The notes under the pieces: generated by a model
Told to the model about the DNA's origin: nothing
Database searches by the model: none
The model's input: the letters and a program-made list of their open reading frames with translations, nothing else
Shown here: piece after piece, positions 51,654 through 64,000 of the stretch
How positions within the stretch are numbered: the stretch's first letter is position 1
Layout of the letters: every line of letters starts with the position of its first letter
Source of the DNA: Hypanus sabinus
Taxonomy: Eukaryota
Length of the DNA: 64,000 bases
Assembly (NCBI RefSeq): GCF_030144855.1
Contig: NC_082728.1
Span: forward strand, 10,416,001 to 10,480,000
Reading direction: 5' to 3'
Position numbers and translations under genes: made by a program

Positions 51654-54600
51654 GGCGGGACAGACTGAAGGCTTTGCACAATGGCGCGGTTGTCCATCTT
51701 ATTTGACCCTAGGAATGAAATGGTTAACATATGAGCAGCATTTGAGGACTCTGGGTCTGTACTTGGTGGAGTTTAGAGGAAAGAGGGGAAGATCGCATTG
51801 AAACCTGTCGAATACTGAAAGGCCTAGATAGAACGGACGTGCAGAGGATGTTTCCGGTAGTGGGAGAGTCTAGAACCTGATGGCACAGCCTCAGAGTAGA
51901 AGGATGTCCCTTTAGAACAGAGATTTAGCCAGAGGATGGTGAATTTGTGGAATTCACCACCACAGACGGCTTGGAGGCCAAGCTATTGGATTTGTTTAAA
52001 ACAGGGTCCCATGTTAAATAAACAACCCCCCCCCCCCCCCCCCGTCTTAGTAACTCTGTTCTGTTGTTCAAAATTCTCCCACCTCTGGAAGCATCTCCAC
52101 ATCTGCCCTATCGGGTGCTCATAATGTTTCAATAATATCCCTCCGTCATTCTTCTAAACTCGGAGGAACATCAATCTAATCTCTTTAGCTGCTTGCGACT
52201 GCGTGAGCAACTCGTGCCAGGAGTTGAGAGAATCTCTTCTACCTCAAAGGCCACAGAATACTTTCTTAAATAAAGGGAACAAAACTGTACACAGTCCTCC
52301 AGCTATAAACATTTCCCTATTTTGTAAACCGCAACCCTCTTCCAATAAAGGCCACTCTTCTCTCCCGCCCTCCCCCCCCGGGTCAGTAGTCCATGCAGGC
52401 AGGAGGCACAAGGGGCGGTGTCCCTGTCTCCTCCCAGATTGGTGAGTCTTGGGGTCGGAGATCGAGGTCCAGAGGTCAAAATCCCATGATCAGCCAGACC
52501 TGGGGTCAATATCCAGAGGTCGACAAGGTCTGGAGGTTGGGAGTTTAAGGTCGAAGACCGAAGCTGGCGAGTGTTGGAGGCATAGGCCCGAATCTCAAAG
52601 CCCCCCCCCCCCGAGATGCAGCTGTGGGCCAGGGACTCTCGGAGGCCCAGAGGCAGCCAGTCCTGTGGTTGGAGACCTGTCCGCGTGAGTGGATGGGAGA
52701 GGTGCATTATTCAGCTGAACTTGGTTAGGATGTTGTGCTGGCTGCAGAATCTGTGGCAACACTTGCCAGCATATCCTTGTTAACACAAATCACACCTTTC
52801 GCTGTGCGCTTCACTGTAAATAAATGAATCTGAACCCAGCCTCTTGCTCTACCTGCCTGCTAACTCTTTGCAATGTGCGCCGGATCCCTGCAGGAGAGGC
52901 ACGCCCTCTTCCACAGCCTGGGCTGGGCAGAGTTGGCCTTCTCACAGGCTGCCCCACCCAGAACGCCATGCTTCGATCTGCAGCTGGGCAGCCTCGTTGT
53001 GCGCGGAAGGGGAGCAGCCTTCAGCTGGGCTGCGATGAGAACGAGCTGTACTAAATCACAGAGAGAGCAACAGCACCTTATCAAACGCAAACAGCCACGC
53101 TGACGATTCAGCTGCTGTTGGACACATCCAGATAAAGCACCGTGTGTGTGTGGAAGATAACTTTCCGAAATGAACAAGGCAGCTTGCACAAGTAAAAACC
53201 TGCAAAGAGTAGACGTTTTAAAGTTACATTTAAACAATGAGACTGTATTTGTATTAAACCTTTAACATAGGGGGTGAAACACAAGCTTTCGAACCTGATC
53301 TCTGATGGAAACATGCTTATTAGATTGTGCACAGCAATATTCCAGGAAAAGGTGAAGTGGGAGTGACTGGGTGGCACTATGCCACAGCTAGTAAAGTGGT
53401 GGGGTGGAGATACGTCTCTACCACAGGAGGGGTAAGGTGCTCCTTCCCACCACTAGCCTGCAAGTCACCCTAGTGTAACACTGGCTTAGCTCCCCCCCAC
53501 CCCCGATTGGGGTCAGGTGGTGGACGGTCGTATGAACAGCAGGTGCAGATCACAAGTCCTGGTTATACAATCGCTGACCCCAGGCAGACAGTCTCTGAAG
53601 AGTATTGATAATGGCTGGGGTCACCCATCTTGTAAAGACATTGCCCAGACTCTACTTCTGTAGAAAAAGTTTGCAAAGAATAATCAAGGTCAAGACCGTG
53701 ATCGCCCATGTCATACGACATGGCACATAATGATGATGTCATATGACATGGCACATAATTATAATGTGATATGGCACAACACATAATAGTGATGAGTGGA
53801 GATGTTGCCTCACTGCACCAGCATCCAAGAGCTTTTGATGTCTCTGAGCGGACTCCATGGGCTGAATAGTCCAATTCTATGTCTTGTGTCAATGGAGTTC
53901 AGGAGGCTGGGGGGTGGGTGCATCTAATTGAAATGTACTGGAAACCAAAAGGCCTGGATCAGGTGGACATGGAGAGGATGTTTCCATTTGTTGGAGAGTC
54001 TAGGATCTGAGGAGCCACGGGATAAAGGGATGCCCCTTTAAAACTGGGACAAGGAGGAATTTCTTCAGAGGGTGGTGAATCTGCGGAAGTCATTGCCACA
54101 GAGGGTCGTGGAGGCCAAGTCATTAGGTACATTCAAGGTAGAGGTTGATAGGTTTTTGATTGGTAAGGGGGTTAAGGGTTACACAGAGAAAATGAGAAAA
54201 TTGGAAAATGGGTTTGTGGGATAAAGCAGTTCTGCCGGAATGGCCGAGCAGACTCGATGGGCTGAATGGCCTTTGGGTTCAATCCTGACCTGAGGTGGTG
54301 AGCGTGTGGAGCTCATCATTCTCTCTGTTACACCCAACATAATCTGAGGATTAATCTTCCTGGCCTGCTGAGTTCCTCCAGCATTTTCTGTGTGTTGCTT
54401 TGGATTGAATCTCTTCTACATAACAGTAGCTCTTCCACATCCTCAGCGCCTTCCGACCTAACCTGCATCCTTGGGGATCATTGGCCTTTGACTGCAAAGC
54501 ACTCTGACCCCTGACCTCTAACCCTCCCTCATCCCCGTCACTAAACCCTAATTTGATGTCACACGCCTGTGCTGTTCACTGAAACCATTCTTAGAAACAT

Positions 54601-57600
54601 AAAAGACAACCAATTCTGAGCCAGGACCTAAATGAACATCTTGGTTAGAAACATCTCGGGTAAGAACCCCTCATTTACTTCGTTAATCTGCCCTTTAAAA
54701 TCCTTTGTTCTACCAGATCCCTCCTCATCTCCAATTCACAACCATTCAAGACCTTGGCCAGCTTAGCTCTTCTTTTGACCAATTAGCCCCAGCTCCCAAT
54801 GTCCTAACCTTTGGCATTCCGTCCCTAAATCTTGACAAAACTGCCTTTAAGATGCTGCTTAAATCTTGTCTGCTTGAGCAACAGGAAAATAGCCACCCAT
54901 TTCGATTCAACTTCCCACTCCCATTCTGACATGTCGGTCCACGGTCTCCTCTATACTGCCACTCTCAGGCTAGAGGAGCGATTGACAAGTAGCACTTTCG
55001 ATAGAGTGAAGCCAGCACCTTTTCCCCGGGGCAGAAATGGCTAATACAAGAGGGTGTACTTTTAAGGTGATTGGAAGGAAATATAGGGGGATGGTAGAGG
55101 GAGGTTTTTATTTTACATAGAGTACTGGGTGCATGGAACCCTGTTAGGGGAGGTGGCAGATGCAGATACAGTATATTAAAATAGGCATATGGATGTTAGA
55201 AAAATGTTGGGCTATGTAGGAGGGAAAGATTAGATTGATCTTAAGAGTAGGTTAAAGGGTCAGCATGATATCTTGGGCTGAAGGGCCTGTACTGTGCTGT
55301 ACTCTATGTTTGTATGTTCTACTCAAAGTTCCACGTTTCTAAGTGGGTTTATTACCGAACAATGTACAAATGATACAACCTCCAGCTATGTTTGCTTGCA
55401 GGCAGTCGCAAAGCGAGAAACCCAATAGAACCCAATTTTTGAAAAGAAACAAAGACCAACACCCAATGCACAAGAGAAAAGGAGGGTGGGGGGGGGGGTC
55501 ACGAATCATGAAAACAATAGAAGCAGGCCACAACATTCTGAACCAAAATGAGTCCTTGGATCCGAACCCCGGAGTGGGCCCAAAGCCTTGGTACCAGTTC
55601 ATCATACCAGTGGCATGGAGCACAGCAACCGGGGCAGTCTGCATAGCCTCAGCACCACGGAAAGAGGAGTGAACATTGTGGGAGAACGACTGATGTTCCT
55701 TATCAAAGTCTTAACTTTGCTAAATTCTTTTCTCCATCTACAGGCTTGCTGTTTATTTTTCTCTGCAATAGTTTGTCTTTTCCTTTGATCGAATACAAAC
55801 TTTAACTCTTATTAGCCAGGGCTGGATCATTTTTCCTTGATGAAGTTCTCTTCTTTGAAGAGACATGAAAGACTTGTAAGCCACACATTAATTCTTTGAA
55901 TGTTAGTCATTGCTCAGTTACTTTCAGATCCGCAGTGTAGGTTCCCAGTCCACTGTTCATGTGTCGTTCCTTCGAAGTTTGCTTTGCTGAGATCAAGAAC
56001 CCGATTGCAAATTGAACCAGATCACCGTCAGTCTTGATGTGACAACGTGTTTCCACTACTGATGTGTGAGCAGGTTTAGCTAGCAGATCATTAGTTATCC
56101 CTTTGTCATTGTGTAATACTAGATGTAAAAAAGCTCTGTTCCCCTGATCAGAATCGGGTTTATTATCACTGACATGAAATTTGTTTTGTAGCAGCAATAC
56201 ATAAAAAGGAAACTATAAGTTACAATAAGAATATTTTTTAATGTAATGCAGAACGAGAGCAAAATAGTGAGGTAGTGTTCATGGGTTCCTTGTCCTTTCA
56301 GAAATGCGCTGGTGGAGTGGAGAAGCTCTTGTTAAAACTTGTCTTCCAGTTCCTGACGACCTCTCTGATTATAACAATGAGAAGAGGGCATATCCTGGGC
56401 AATGGAGGCCTTTCGTGATCAATGCCTCCTTTTTGAGGGAATGCCTTTTCAAGATGCCCTCGATGCTGGGGAGGCTGGTGCCCAACAGAGATGGCTGGGC
56501 CTACAGTCTTCCACAGCTTTTTCCTAGCATGCACATTGCTGCCTCACGCTATTACTGCTAATTTGGTCTACTCATAGACCAGGTTTTCATGATTACTGTA
56601 TAACCCTGGTTACAACAGTCTCCAGTTGCTGGATGCTCTACCTTACCACTCCTGTTCAGGAATCTTTGTGCAACTATCACTAATGTTTCACCTGCCTGCT
56701 CCACCCAAACCAGCTCTACCCTTTGATTGGTGAGGTACAGTCATTCACATCATGTCCTCACTCTCCTCATTAACATCAGGGTGATTCATTTTTAATTTTA
56801 TTGATTGAGATACAGTGTGGAGCCAGCCCTTCGAGCCACACCTCCCAACAATTCCCCAATGTGACACTAGCCTAATCACAATGACCGTGTACCCTGCCAA
56901 CTGGCATGTCTTTGGACTGTGGGAGGAAACCAGAGCAGCCAGAGGAAACCCACGTGGTCACGGGGAGAACGTACAAACTCCTCACAGATGATGCCGGGAA
57001 TTGAACCCAGGTTGCTGGTACGGTCAAGCGCCGTGCCAACCACTATGCCCACCCAACCTCTCTCCCATTTTTGCTTTTCTATAAGTTAGTGATTTGAACT
57101 CCAAACTTGGTCATTTTGAAATCATGTGTCTGCTGTGATTATTAGAACATTACTATTTATTTGCATTTGTGTAATTAAATTCACTTGTTACAAATAGTCA
57201 TAGAAAAATGCAGCACAGAAACAGGCTCTTCAGCCCATCTAGTCTATGCCAAAAACAGTTCAACTGCCTGCTCCCATCGAACTGCACTGAGAACAGAGCC
57301 CTCCATATCCTTACTATCCACACACCTGTCCAAACTTTGCTTAAACATTGAAATCGAGCTTGCATGCACCACTTGCATTGGCAGCTCAGCTCGTTCCACT
57401 CTCTGACGATCCTCAGTGAAGAAGTTTCCCCTCATGTTCCCCTTAAACTTCTCACCTTTCACCCTTAACTCATGATTGTAGACCCACCCAATGTGTCAGA
57501 AGTTTCTCTACAACCCTGTGATGCCACTTTCAACTAATTGTGGATCTGTATTCCCAGATCTCTTTGTTCTACCAAACTCTTCATTCTACCATTCACAGTG

Positions 57601-59080
57601 TAAGATCCACCCTTGTAGGTCCTACCAACATGCCTGCATTAAATTCCATCTGCCATTTTTCCAGCTGATCTAGATCTCTCTGTAAAAGGTTTCAACAGGT
57701 ACGTTTAATGTCCGAGAGAAGTATATAATATACATCCTGAAATTCTTTCTCTTTGCAGACATCCATGAAAACGGGAGTGCCCCAAAGAATGAGTAACAGA
57801 TAAAACATTAGAACCCCAAAGCCCCCCCCACCAGCTCCCTCCTCCCACACACAAGCAGCAGCAAGGCATTGGCACCCCACCCCACCAGCAAAAAGCATCA
57901 GCGCCCCCACCAAGCATCAAGGACAGATTTGCAGGACCCAAAAAACTACGTGTTCACCCGGTAATTCAACATACCACAGGCTCTCCCTCTCTCTTCCTAA
58001 GGGAAGAAGAGGTGCCTCCATTTCACAAGCTGTGATAGTCTTCTTTCCTTCACTGCTCCCCAGATCTTGGTGTCATCTGCAAATTAGCCAATCCAGTTAA
58101 ACACTTTATCAACTAGATTGTTGGTATAGATGACAAACAACAACAGACCCAGTACCAATCCCTGCAGCACTCTACGAGTCACTGGTCTGCAGTCAGACAG
58201 GAAACAATCTGCTACCACTTTCACGCTTCTCCATGTCTCATCCAATGTACTACCCCATCTTGAATGCCAAGCAACTGAACCTTCTTGACTAACCTACCAT
58301 GGGGGGGCTGTGTCAAACCCCTTACCAAGGTCCATGTAGACAACATCCATGGCCTTGCTTTCATCCACTTTCCTGGTAGCTTCCTCAAAAAAAAACTCTA
58401 CAAGATTGGTTATCCATGACCTACCACGCTAGGGCCCTGGCAATTTCTGCACTTGCCACCCGTAGGGTCCGAGGGAACACCTTGTCAGGCCCTGCGGATT
58501 TATTCACTCTGATTTGCCTCAGGGTAGAAAACGCCTCCTCTGCAACCTGCCCAGGGCACACGAAGTTGATGCTGCTTTGCCTCACTTCTCTGTATCTCTG
58601 TATCCATCTCCCAAGTAAATTCAGATGCAAAAGAATTACTTACGATCTCCCCCATCTGTTTTGGCGCCACACACGGGTTCCCACTTTGATCTTCCAGAGG
58701 ACCAGTTCTGTCCCTTGCAATCCTTTAGCTGTTAACATATCTGTGGAATTCCTTAGGATTCTCCTTCGTCTTGTCTGCTAGGGCAACTCCATACCTTCTT
58801 TCAGAGCTCCTGATTTCTTTCTCAACTGTTTTCTTGCACTTTTTATTCTCCTGAAGCAGCTCATTTGTTCCCACCTGCTTATGCCTGCTATGCACCTTTT
58901 GTTTCTTAACCATGGCCTCAATATCACTTGAAAACCAAGCTTCCCTACCCTTGTTATCGCCACCTTTTATTCTGATGGGCACATACAAGCTTTGTGCTCT
59001 CAACATGTTGTTTTTGAAGGCATCCCACTTACCAAGTACACCTTTGCCAGGTAGCAGCCTGTCCCAATCCACACTGCCAG

Positions 59081-60192
59081 TGTCATAAGGTGGGCACTGG
59101 GAGCAGACCCAAATGCAAGGCACAGACACTGAAATACTAGGAACCAGACTGGACTAGAGTTAAGGACAGGACAGGGTACAGTCTAGGAGTTAGGACCAGA
59201 ACACAGATTTGGGCTGGGACTTTGGCTAGGAAAGCAGGACCAGGACAAGGAACTGGGAACTAGGAGCCTGGGCTTGGACTCGGAGTCAGAGACCAGACAA
59301 GGACCCTGAACCTGGGTCTTGACTCAGGCTCAGACCCTGGAGCTAGGCGAGGAAATGACATGGCTACTGGACTGGACATGGCTTGGGTTCATCAAGGCTT
59401 GGCTGCCGGACTAGACATGGAACTCCTGCACAGGACGAGGCACATGGACAGGGCAAGAACCCAAAGCCTTGACTCCATCTTGAGACACCTGAACACAGAG
59501 CCTCACCCTTCAGCGAGAGAGGAACACAGGGACATAGAACACAGAGCTAGGACCCCTCCTTAGGAGCAGGACTCTACACAGAGTCAGGACCCCTCTGAGG
59601 GAGCAGGATGTAGGGCCGGGACTCATACACAGAACACAGAGAGACAGTTCCCAGCAAGGTAGCAGCAAACAGCCAGACCTACCTGGCAAGGGCATGGACA
59701 CAGAGACAGTTCCAAACAACGATAAACAGTTCCTTATCTAGACACAGCAAGGCTCCAGTGGTAGAACTTGCCAGCAATACAGGCAACAGCTTCAGGGAAG
59801 AAGGGAAAGGACCAATCCAGCAAATGAAGCGGAACCCAGGAGCTATTTATGTCGCCAGCCCAAAATGAGAATCAGGTGCCTCAATTAGAGCACTCAACAG
59901 AACAAGGGCAAACCAGAAAACCTGGAGTAATGTTAAACGAGTGAATCTGCAGATGCTGGAAATAAATAAAAACACAAAATGCTGGCAGAACTCAGCAGGC
60001 CAGACAGCATCTATGGGAGGAGGAACCCTTCCTGATGAAGGGTTTCGACACGAAACGTCGTCACTATCTCCTCCCATAGATGCTGTCTGGCCTGCTGAGT
60101 TCTGCCAGCATTGTGTGTTTTAAAACCTGGAATAAGGAACGATGGACCGGACCGTGAACCGGAATGCGGACCTCACGGACCGGATCATGACA
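59081..60192. mobile_element. Solo LTR inserted in the CR1
   Basis: TGTCAT...ATGACA termini; 5-bp TSD GCCAG/GCCGG with one mismatch; CR1 sequence is continuous across it. Confidence 0.75.
59935..60121. mobile_element. Short inverted-repeat element (possibly Penelope-derived) nested in the LTR; related copies at about 5770-5890, 18615-18700, 30670-30770, 60500-60620
   Basis: About 54-bp near-perfect arms (59968-60022 and 60068-60121); flanked by aaaacctggRRtaa direct repeats. Confidence 0.7.
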
Positions 60193-63069
60193 GCCGGATC
60201 ACCTCTGATACCATCAAAGTTGGCCTTCCTCCAATTTAGAATCAGCAGACCAGCCCTAACATTTTGCATTTTCACTTTGAAACAAAGGGCATTGCGGTCA
60301 CTGAATGCAAAGCGTTCCTCCTCGCGAGCTTCTGTCACCTGTCCCGTCCCACTGGAGATCCACTATCACACGCTCTCTCGTCCAGATGTCTATGTACCGA
60401 TTAAGGAAACTTTCGTGAATACATTTGCCAGACTCTTTCCCGTCCAGCCCTTTTACAGGATGGAAGTCCCAGTCAGTATGTGGAAAAGTTAAAATCACCA
60501 GAGTTTCGGCCCGAAACGTCGACTGTACTTTTTCCACAGATGCCGCCTGGCCTGCTGAATTTCTCCAACATTTTGTGTGTGTTGCTCGGATTTCCAGCAT
60601 CTGCGGATTCTCTCTTGTTTATGGTTTACTATAAAAACCTCGTTTTTCTTGCAACAGTCTGCAATCTCTCCGCAAGTTTGTCCCTCTAAATCGGGTGGTC
60701 CATAACAGAGCCCATTAGCGTGGTCAAAGCTCTCTTACTTCCCAGTTCCACCGCAGCGCCTCACCAGGCGGGTTACCCAGTCCGTCCTGACAGGGTACTG
60801 CCGTGGCGCCGTGGTTTTTCCCTGACTAGTAACGCCACCACCCCCCCCCCACTTTAATGCCTCCCACTCTGTCACACCGAATACAACGGAACCCCGGATT
60901 ACTGAACTGTCAGTCCCGCCCGTCCTGCTACAAATGGCTGCAATCTCATCATTCCGTGCCCATGAACCCGCCCGCCTTTCCTACCCTCGCTCCTGTATTG
61001 AATCATACACAAGTCGCAGCAAGCTCAATCTTCTGATCCCTGACTTTGTCTGGGGTCCTAACCAACATCTGTCTCCCAATCTCTCCACGGACTTTCTGAC
61101 ACTCTGGTTCCCATCTCCCAGCAAGCCTAGTTCAACGCCCACCCCGCCGCCGCCGTACGGCACCCGCTAGGGTATCAGTCCCCTTCCGGTTCTAGTGCAA
61201 ACCGTCCCTCCTGTCCAGGTCTCACCCTCCCTGGAAGATAGCCCAATGACCCAAAACTCTCATGTCCTCCCTCCCACACCAACCCCATAGCCACATAATC
61301 TTCCTCTTTCTGGCCGCACCTGCACCTGTCACGGGTGGCGACCCGGAGATCACAATACTGCCCTTCAGCTCAGCACCCAACTCCCTCTGTAGGACTTCGT
61401 CACTCTTCCTATCTCTGCCATGGACCACGACCTCCCATTGAAGAATTCTGAGGACTCGATTCGAAACGTCCCGGACCCTGGCACCCGGAGGCAACATACC
61501 ATCCGGGAATCTCGATCTCGCCCACAGAACTTCCTTTCTGTACCCCTGATCTCCTCTCCCCATCGCGGGCCTCTTTCCCCCCTCCCACCGCCACCTTCCC
61601 TTCCGAATCGCAGACACAGACTCCGTGCCGGAGACCCGACCGCTGTGGCTTTCCTCGACTGGTCATCCCCCAACAGCACCCAAGCTGATGTACGTTGTTG
61701 TGGGGGGTGGGCACAGGGGTACTCTGCACTGGCCCCTCAACCCCTTTCCCCTTCCTGATTGTCACCCAGTTTCCTGTGTCCTGCACCTTGGGTATAACTA
61801 CCTCTCCTTACGTCCTGTCACCAGCCCTCTCCCCGGCATCACCCAGTTCCGGCTCCTCAGCCTGGGGTATTAGAAGCTGCAGCTGGATGCACTCCCCGCG
61901 GGTGTAGTCGCCAGGGACACTGGAGATCTCCTTGCCTTCCCACGTCCTGCAAGAGGAGCATTCAACTACCCTGCCTGGCTTCCCTACTGCCCTAACCGAG
62001 CAGATATAAAGAAGGGGGAAAACTCTACCCCCTTTTCTGTTGCCTTTACTCACTCAGACCTCTCTGGGCCGAAGCCTCGAGGAGCCGAACCCTCAGAATC
62101 CCAGCACCCCAACGATGGCGTTCAGTGTGTTCGGATAAAATGCCTTTTCTTTGGTCTTTTCTCCATTTTTTTTCATGTTTTAACACACTTTCCTGGTACA
62201 TGAGTATTTTCTGTCTTTTGTTGGCAGATTCTAAGTTAAAAGCCAGATTAAATTTATTATATATAACCACAGAAAACCTACAGCACAATACAGGCCCTTC
62301 GGCCCACAAAGCCTTGCCGAACATGTCCTTACCTTAGAAATTACCTAGGGCTATTTTTCTAATCTCCATGCACCTATCCAGGAGTCTCTTAAAAGACCCT
62401 ATCGTGTCCGCCTCCACCACCGTTGTCGGCAGCCCGTTCCACACACTCACCACTCTCTGCGTAAAAAACTTACCCCTGACATCTCCTCTGTACCCACTTC
62501 CAAGCAACTTAAAACTGCGCCCTCGTGTGCAGTCATTTCAGCCGTGGGAAAAAGCCTCTGACTATCTGTGGATACGTCACTATATCCTGCCCTATATACA
62601 ACAGCATTTATGAAAAACTACACATAAAGGCTGACAATCAATGTGCAAAAGACAAACCGCAAAAAAAAAGAATACTGAGAGTGAGGGGTGCAGAGTTATT
62701 GAAAGTGGAACTCTTTATCAATATCCTTACTGCAATCCTGCACTATCGCTGGCCCCTCCTCTTAAACTTTCCTCCACCTGCAACATGTTTTTGCGCTGAA
62801 ATGATTCAGGAACTTTCGAGACAAAGGCATGGGGACCGGCCAGCACGCGAACTGATTGAAGACTGTTGCAGTTCTACCCAGAGTGGACAGAGATTCCAGA
62901 AACTGAATCTGGTGAACGTGAAGCTAATAAAAGATTGTTCATTTCTTTCGGGTGCATCTTAGACTTCAGAATAGTGAAGTTGAGGTGCATAAATCAATCA
63001 GAATGGTTGATTGTCGGCCGGATACGATGATAGAGAAGCCTGCGTGTGAGAGTTTAGTTTTAACGTGGA

Positions 63070-63435
63070 AAGGCCGTGAAGCGGGGCAGTTCCACTCTCC
63101 CGAGCTCGCAAGGCCGTGCCCGGTGGTACGAGTGGTCTCCAGGGCGGGTTGAAGCGGTCGGCCGTGACCTCTTTCCTGCCCTTCGCTCTCCGCGGAGCGT
63201 TGCAGAGCCGCCTTCCTAGCCGTCAGTTCTCGCCGTGGATCTCATCCGCCAGAGCCGGCCTCGTCGGGCAGGCGCGTCCCTGTCTCGGCGGGGTAGTGTC
63301 CGGCTGGTGACCCGCACCTGGTTTCGCCCACCTGCTGACGGTCGCGGATAAACAACCGCTTGGCGCCGCAGGTGAGGGCGGAGTGGAAGGTGAGCTGCCT
63401 TAACATGGACATGACAACTCTCTCCGGAGCGGCTA
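63070..63435. promoter_or_regulatory. CpG-island-like segment, possible promoter or first exon of an unidentified downstream gene
   Basis: High CpG density, not recognisably repetitive, two plus-strand consensus donors (CAG|GTGAGG near 63371, AAG|GTGAGC near 63390). Confidence 0.35.
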
Positions 63436-64000
63436 ACCCCCCTCCCTGGGCAACCCTACAACACATCTTCTGAATAATACCCACGTGGCAGCAGAAGGGA
63501 CGCCAACTGCTTGAAAAAAAACAGAATAAAGGGCGGAAGGGAAATGTATCCTCCCCCCCCCCCCAAACAGGGAAGTAATGGAGATTGTAGTGTGTGTGGG
63601 GAACGTTTAGATAATAGTGATCATTACATAATTGGATTTAATGCGGTTAGGGACAAAGTAAAGTCAGATGTAAAACATGCACAGCTGGGGAAACATCCGA
63701 TTTGAATTATCTGAAGTGAGCTGGATCAAACTGGAGAGTAAATAAGCAACAGCAGATCATGCAGGCATGCACAAACTCTGCGTATTCCCATAAGCAAGCA
63801 CGATGGAGAATTTAAGATCAAATAGAAGTTGGATTTTTGAGACAGATGTGCCTAGTTAACCTGACGGATTTGCTTTCTGAGCTCGGGCCAGGATGTCTCA
63901 CAGCTGCTCTGTCAGCGTCTAGCACAGCAATTCGCAACCCTTTCCGGTGTCACATCTACCGACAGTTGCCAAGCAACACGGGTTTTAGCCCATGTGGGTG

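Larger units (their letters stand above)
57195..62110 (-). mobile_element. Fragmented, near full-length CR1 LINE: ORF1 (zinc-finger start and esterase-like domain, about 61220-62050) and ORF2 remnants, interrupted by later insertions
   Basis: Peptides VECSSCRTWE...DYT-GECIQLQLL, PGARVRDVS, LNWRKANFDGIR, VDWDRLL-GKGV-GKW-AFK, NKSAGPDKVFPR, KFKGNMRGNFFT in colinear order. Confidence 0.8.

Noticed and set aside
52860-53237. Possible terminal exon of a convergent gene
   Set aside because: No recognisable homology in any frame; more simply SGSH 3'UTR or downstream sequence
55690-56197. Unique-looking segment with a 96-aa minus-strand ORF
   Set aside because: The ORF start lies in a repeat tail, stops follow, and I recognise no protein family or splice pattern

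Overview
Vertebrate genomic DNA, not prokaryotic. The repeat landscape (abundant CR1 and Rex/Babar-like LINE fragments, tRNA-derived SINEs, inverted-repeat elements) suggests a cartilaginous fish, probably a ray; this is an inference. Two lysosomal genes lie head to head. SLC26A11 (anion/sulfate transporter) is on the minus strand, with 11 coding exons (400 codons) from 22772 running off the left edge. SGSH (sulfamidase) is complete on the plus strand, with 8 exons from 31342 to 51653 encoding 505 aa and an intact CSPSR formylglycine motif. They appear to share a short CpG-rich bidirectional promoter (about 31070-31340) with a CLEAR/E-box and an M-box. The introns hold five GC-rich minisatellites (31, 37, 38, 40 and 57 bp units), two solo LTRs with target-site duplications, Tc1 and pogo-like DNA elements, an RTE fragment and a degenerate tRNA-Arg(CCG). 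The very long ORFs in the ORF track are tandem-repeat artefacts. The most unusual points concern splice sites. A 57-bp minisatellite grew out of the SGSH exon 4 donor and carries many copies of it. The SGSH exon 2 acceptor is made of LINE reverse-transcriptase sequence, and the exon 3 acceptor region is a LINE tail. SLC26A11 has a weak donor shadowed by a stronger out-of-frame donor 4 nt away, and an in-frame upstream ATG cut off by a single TGA.
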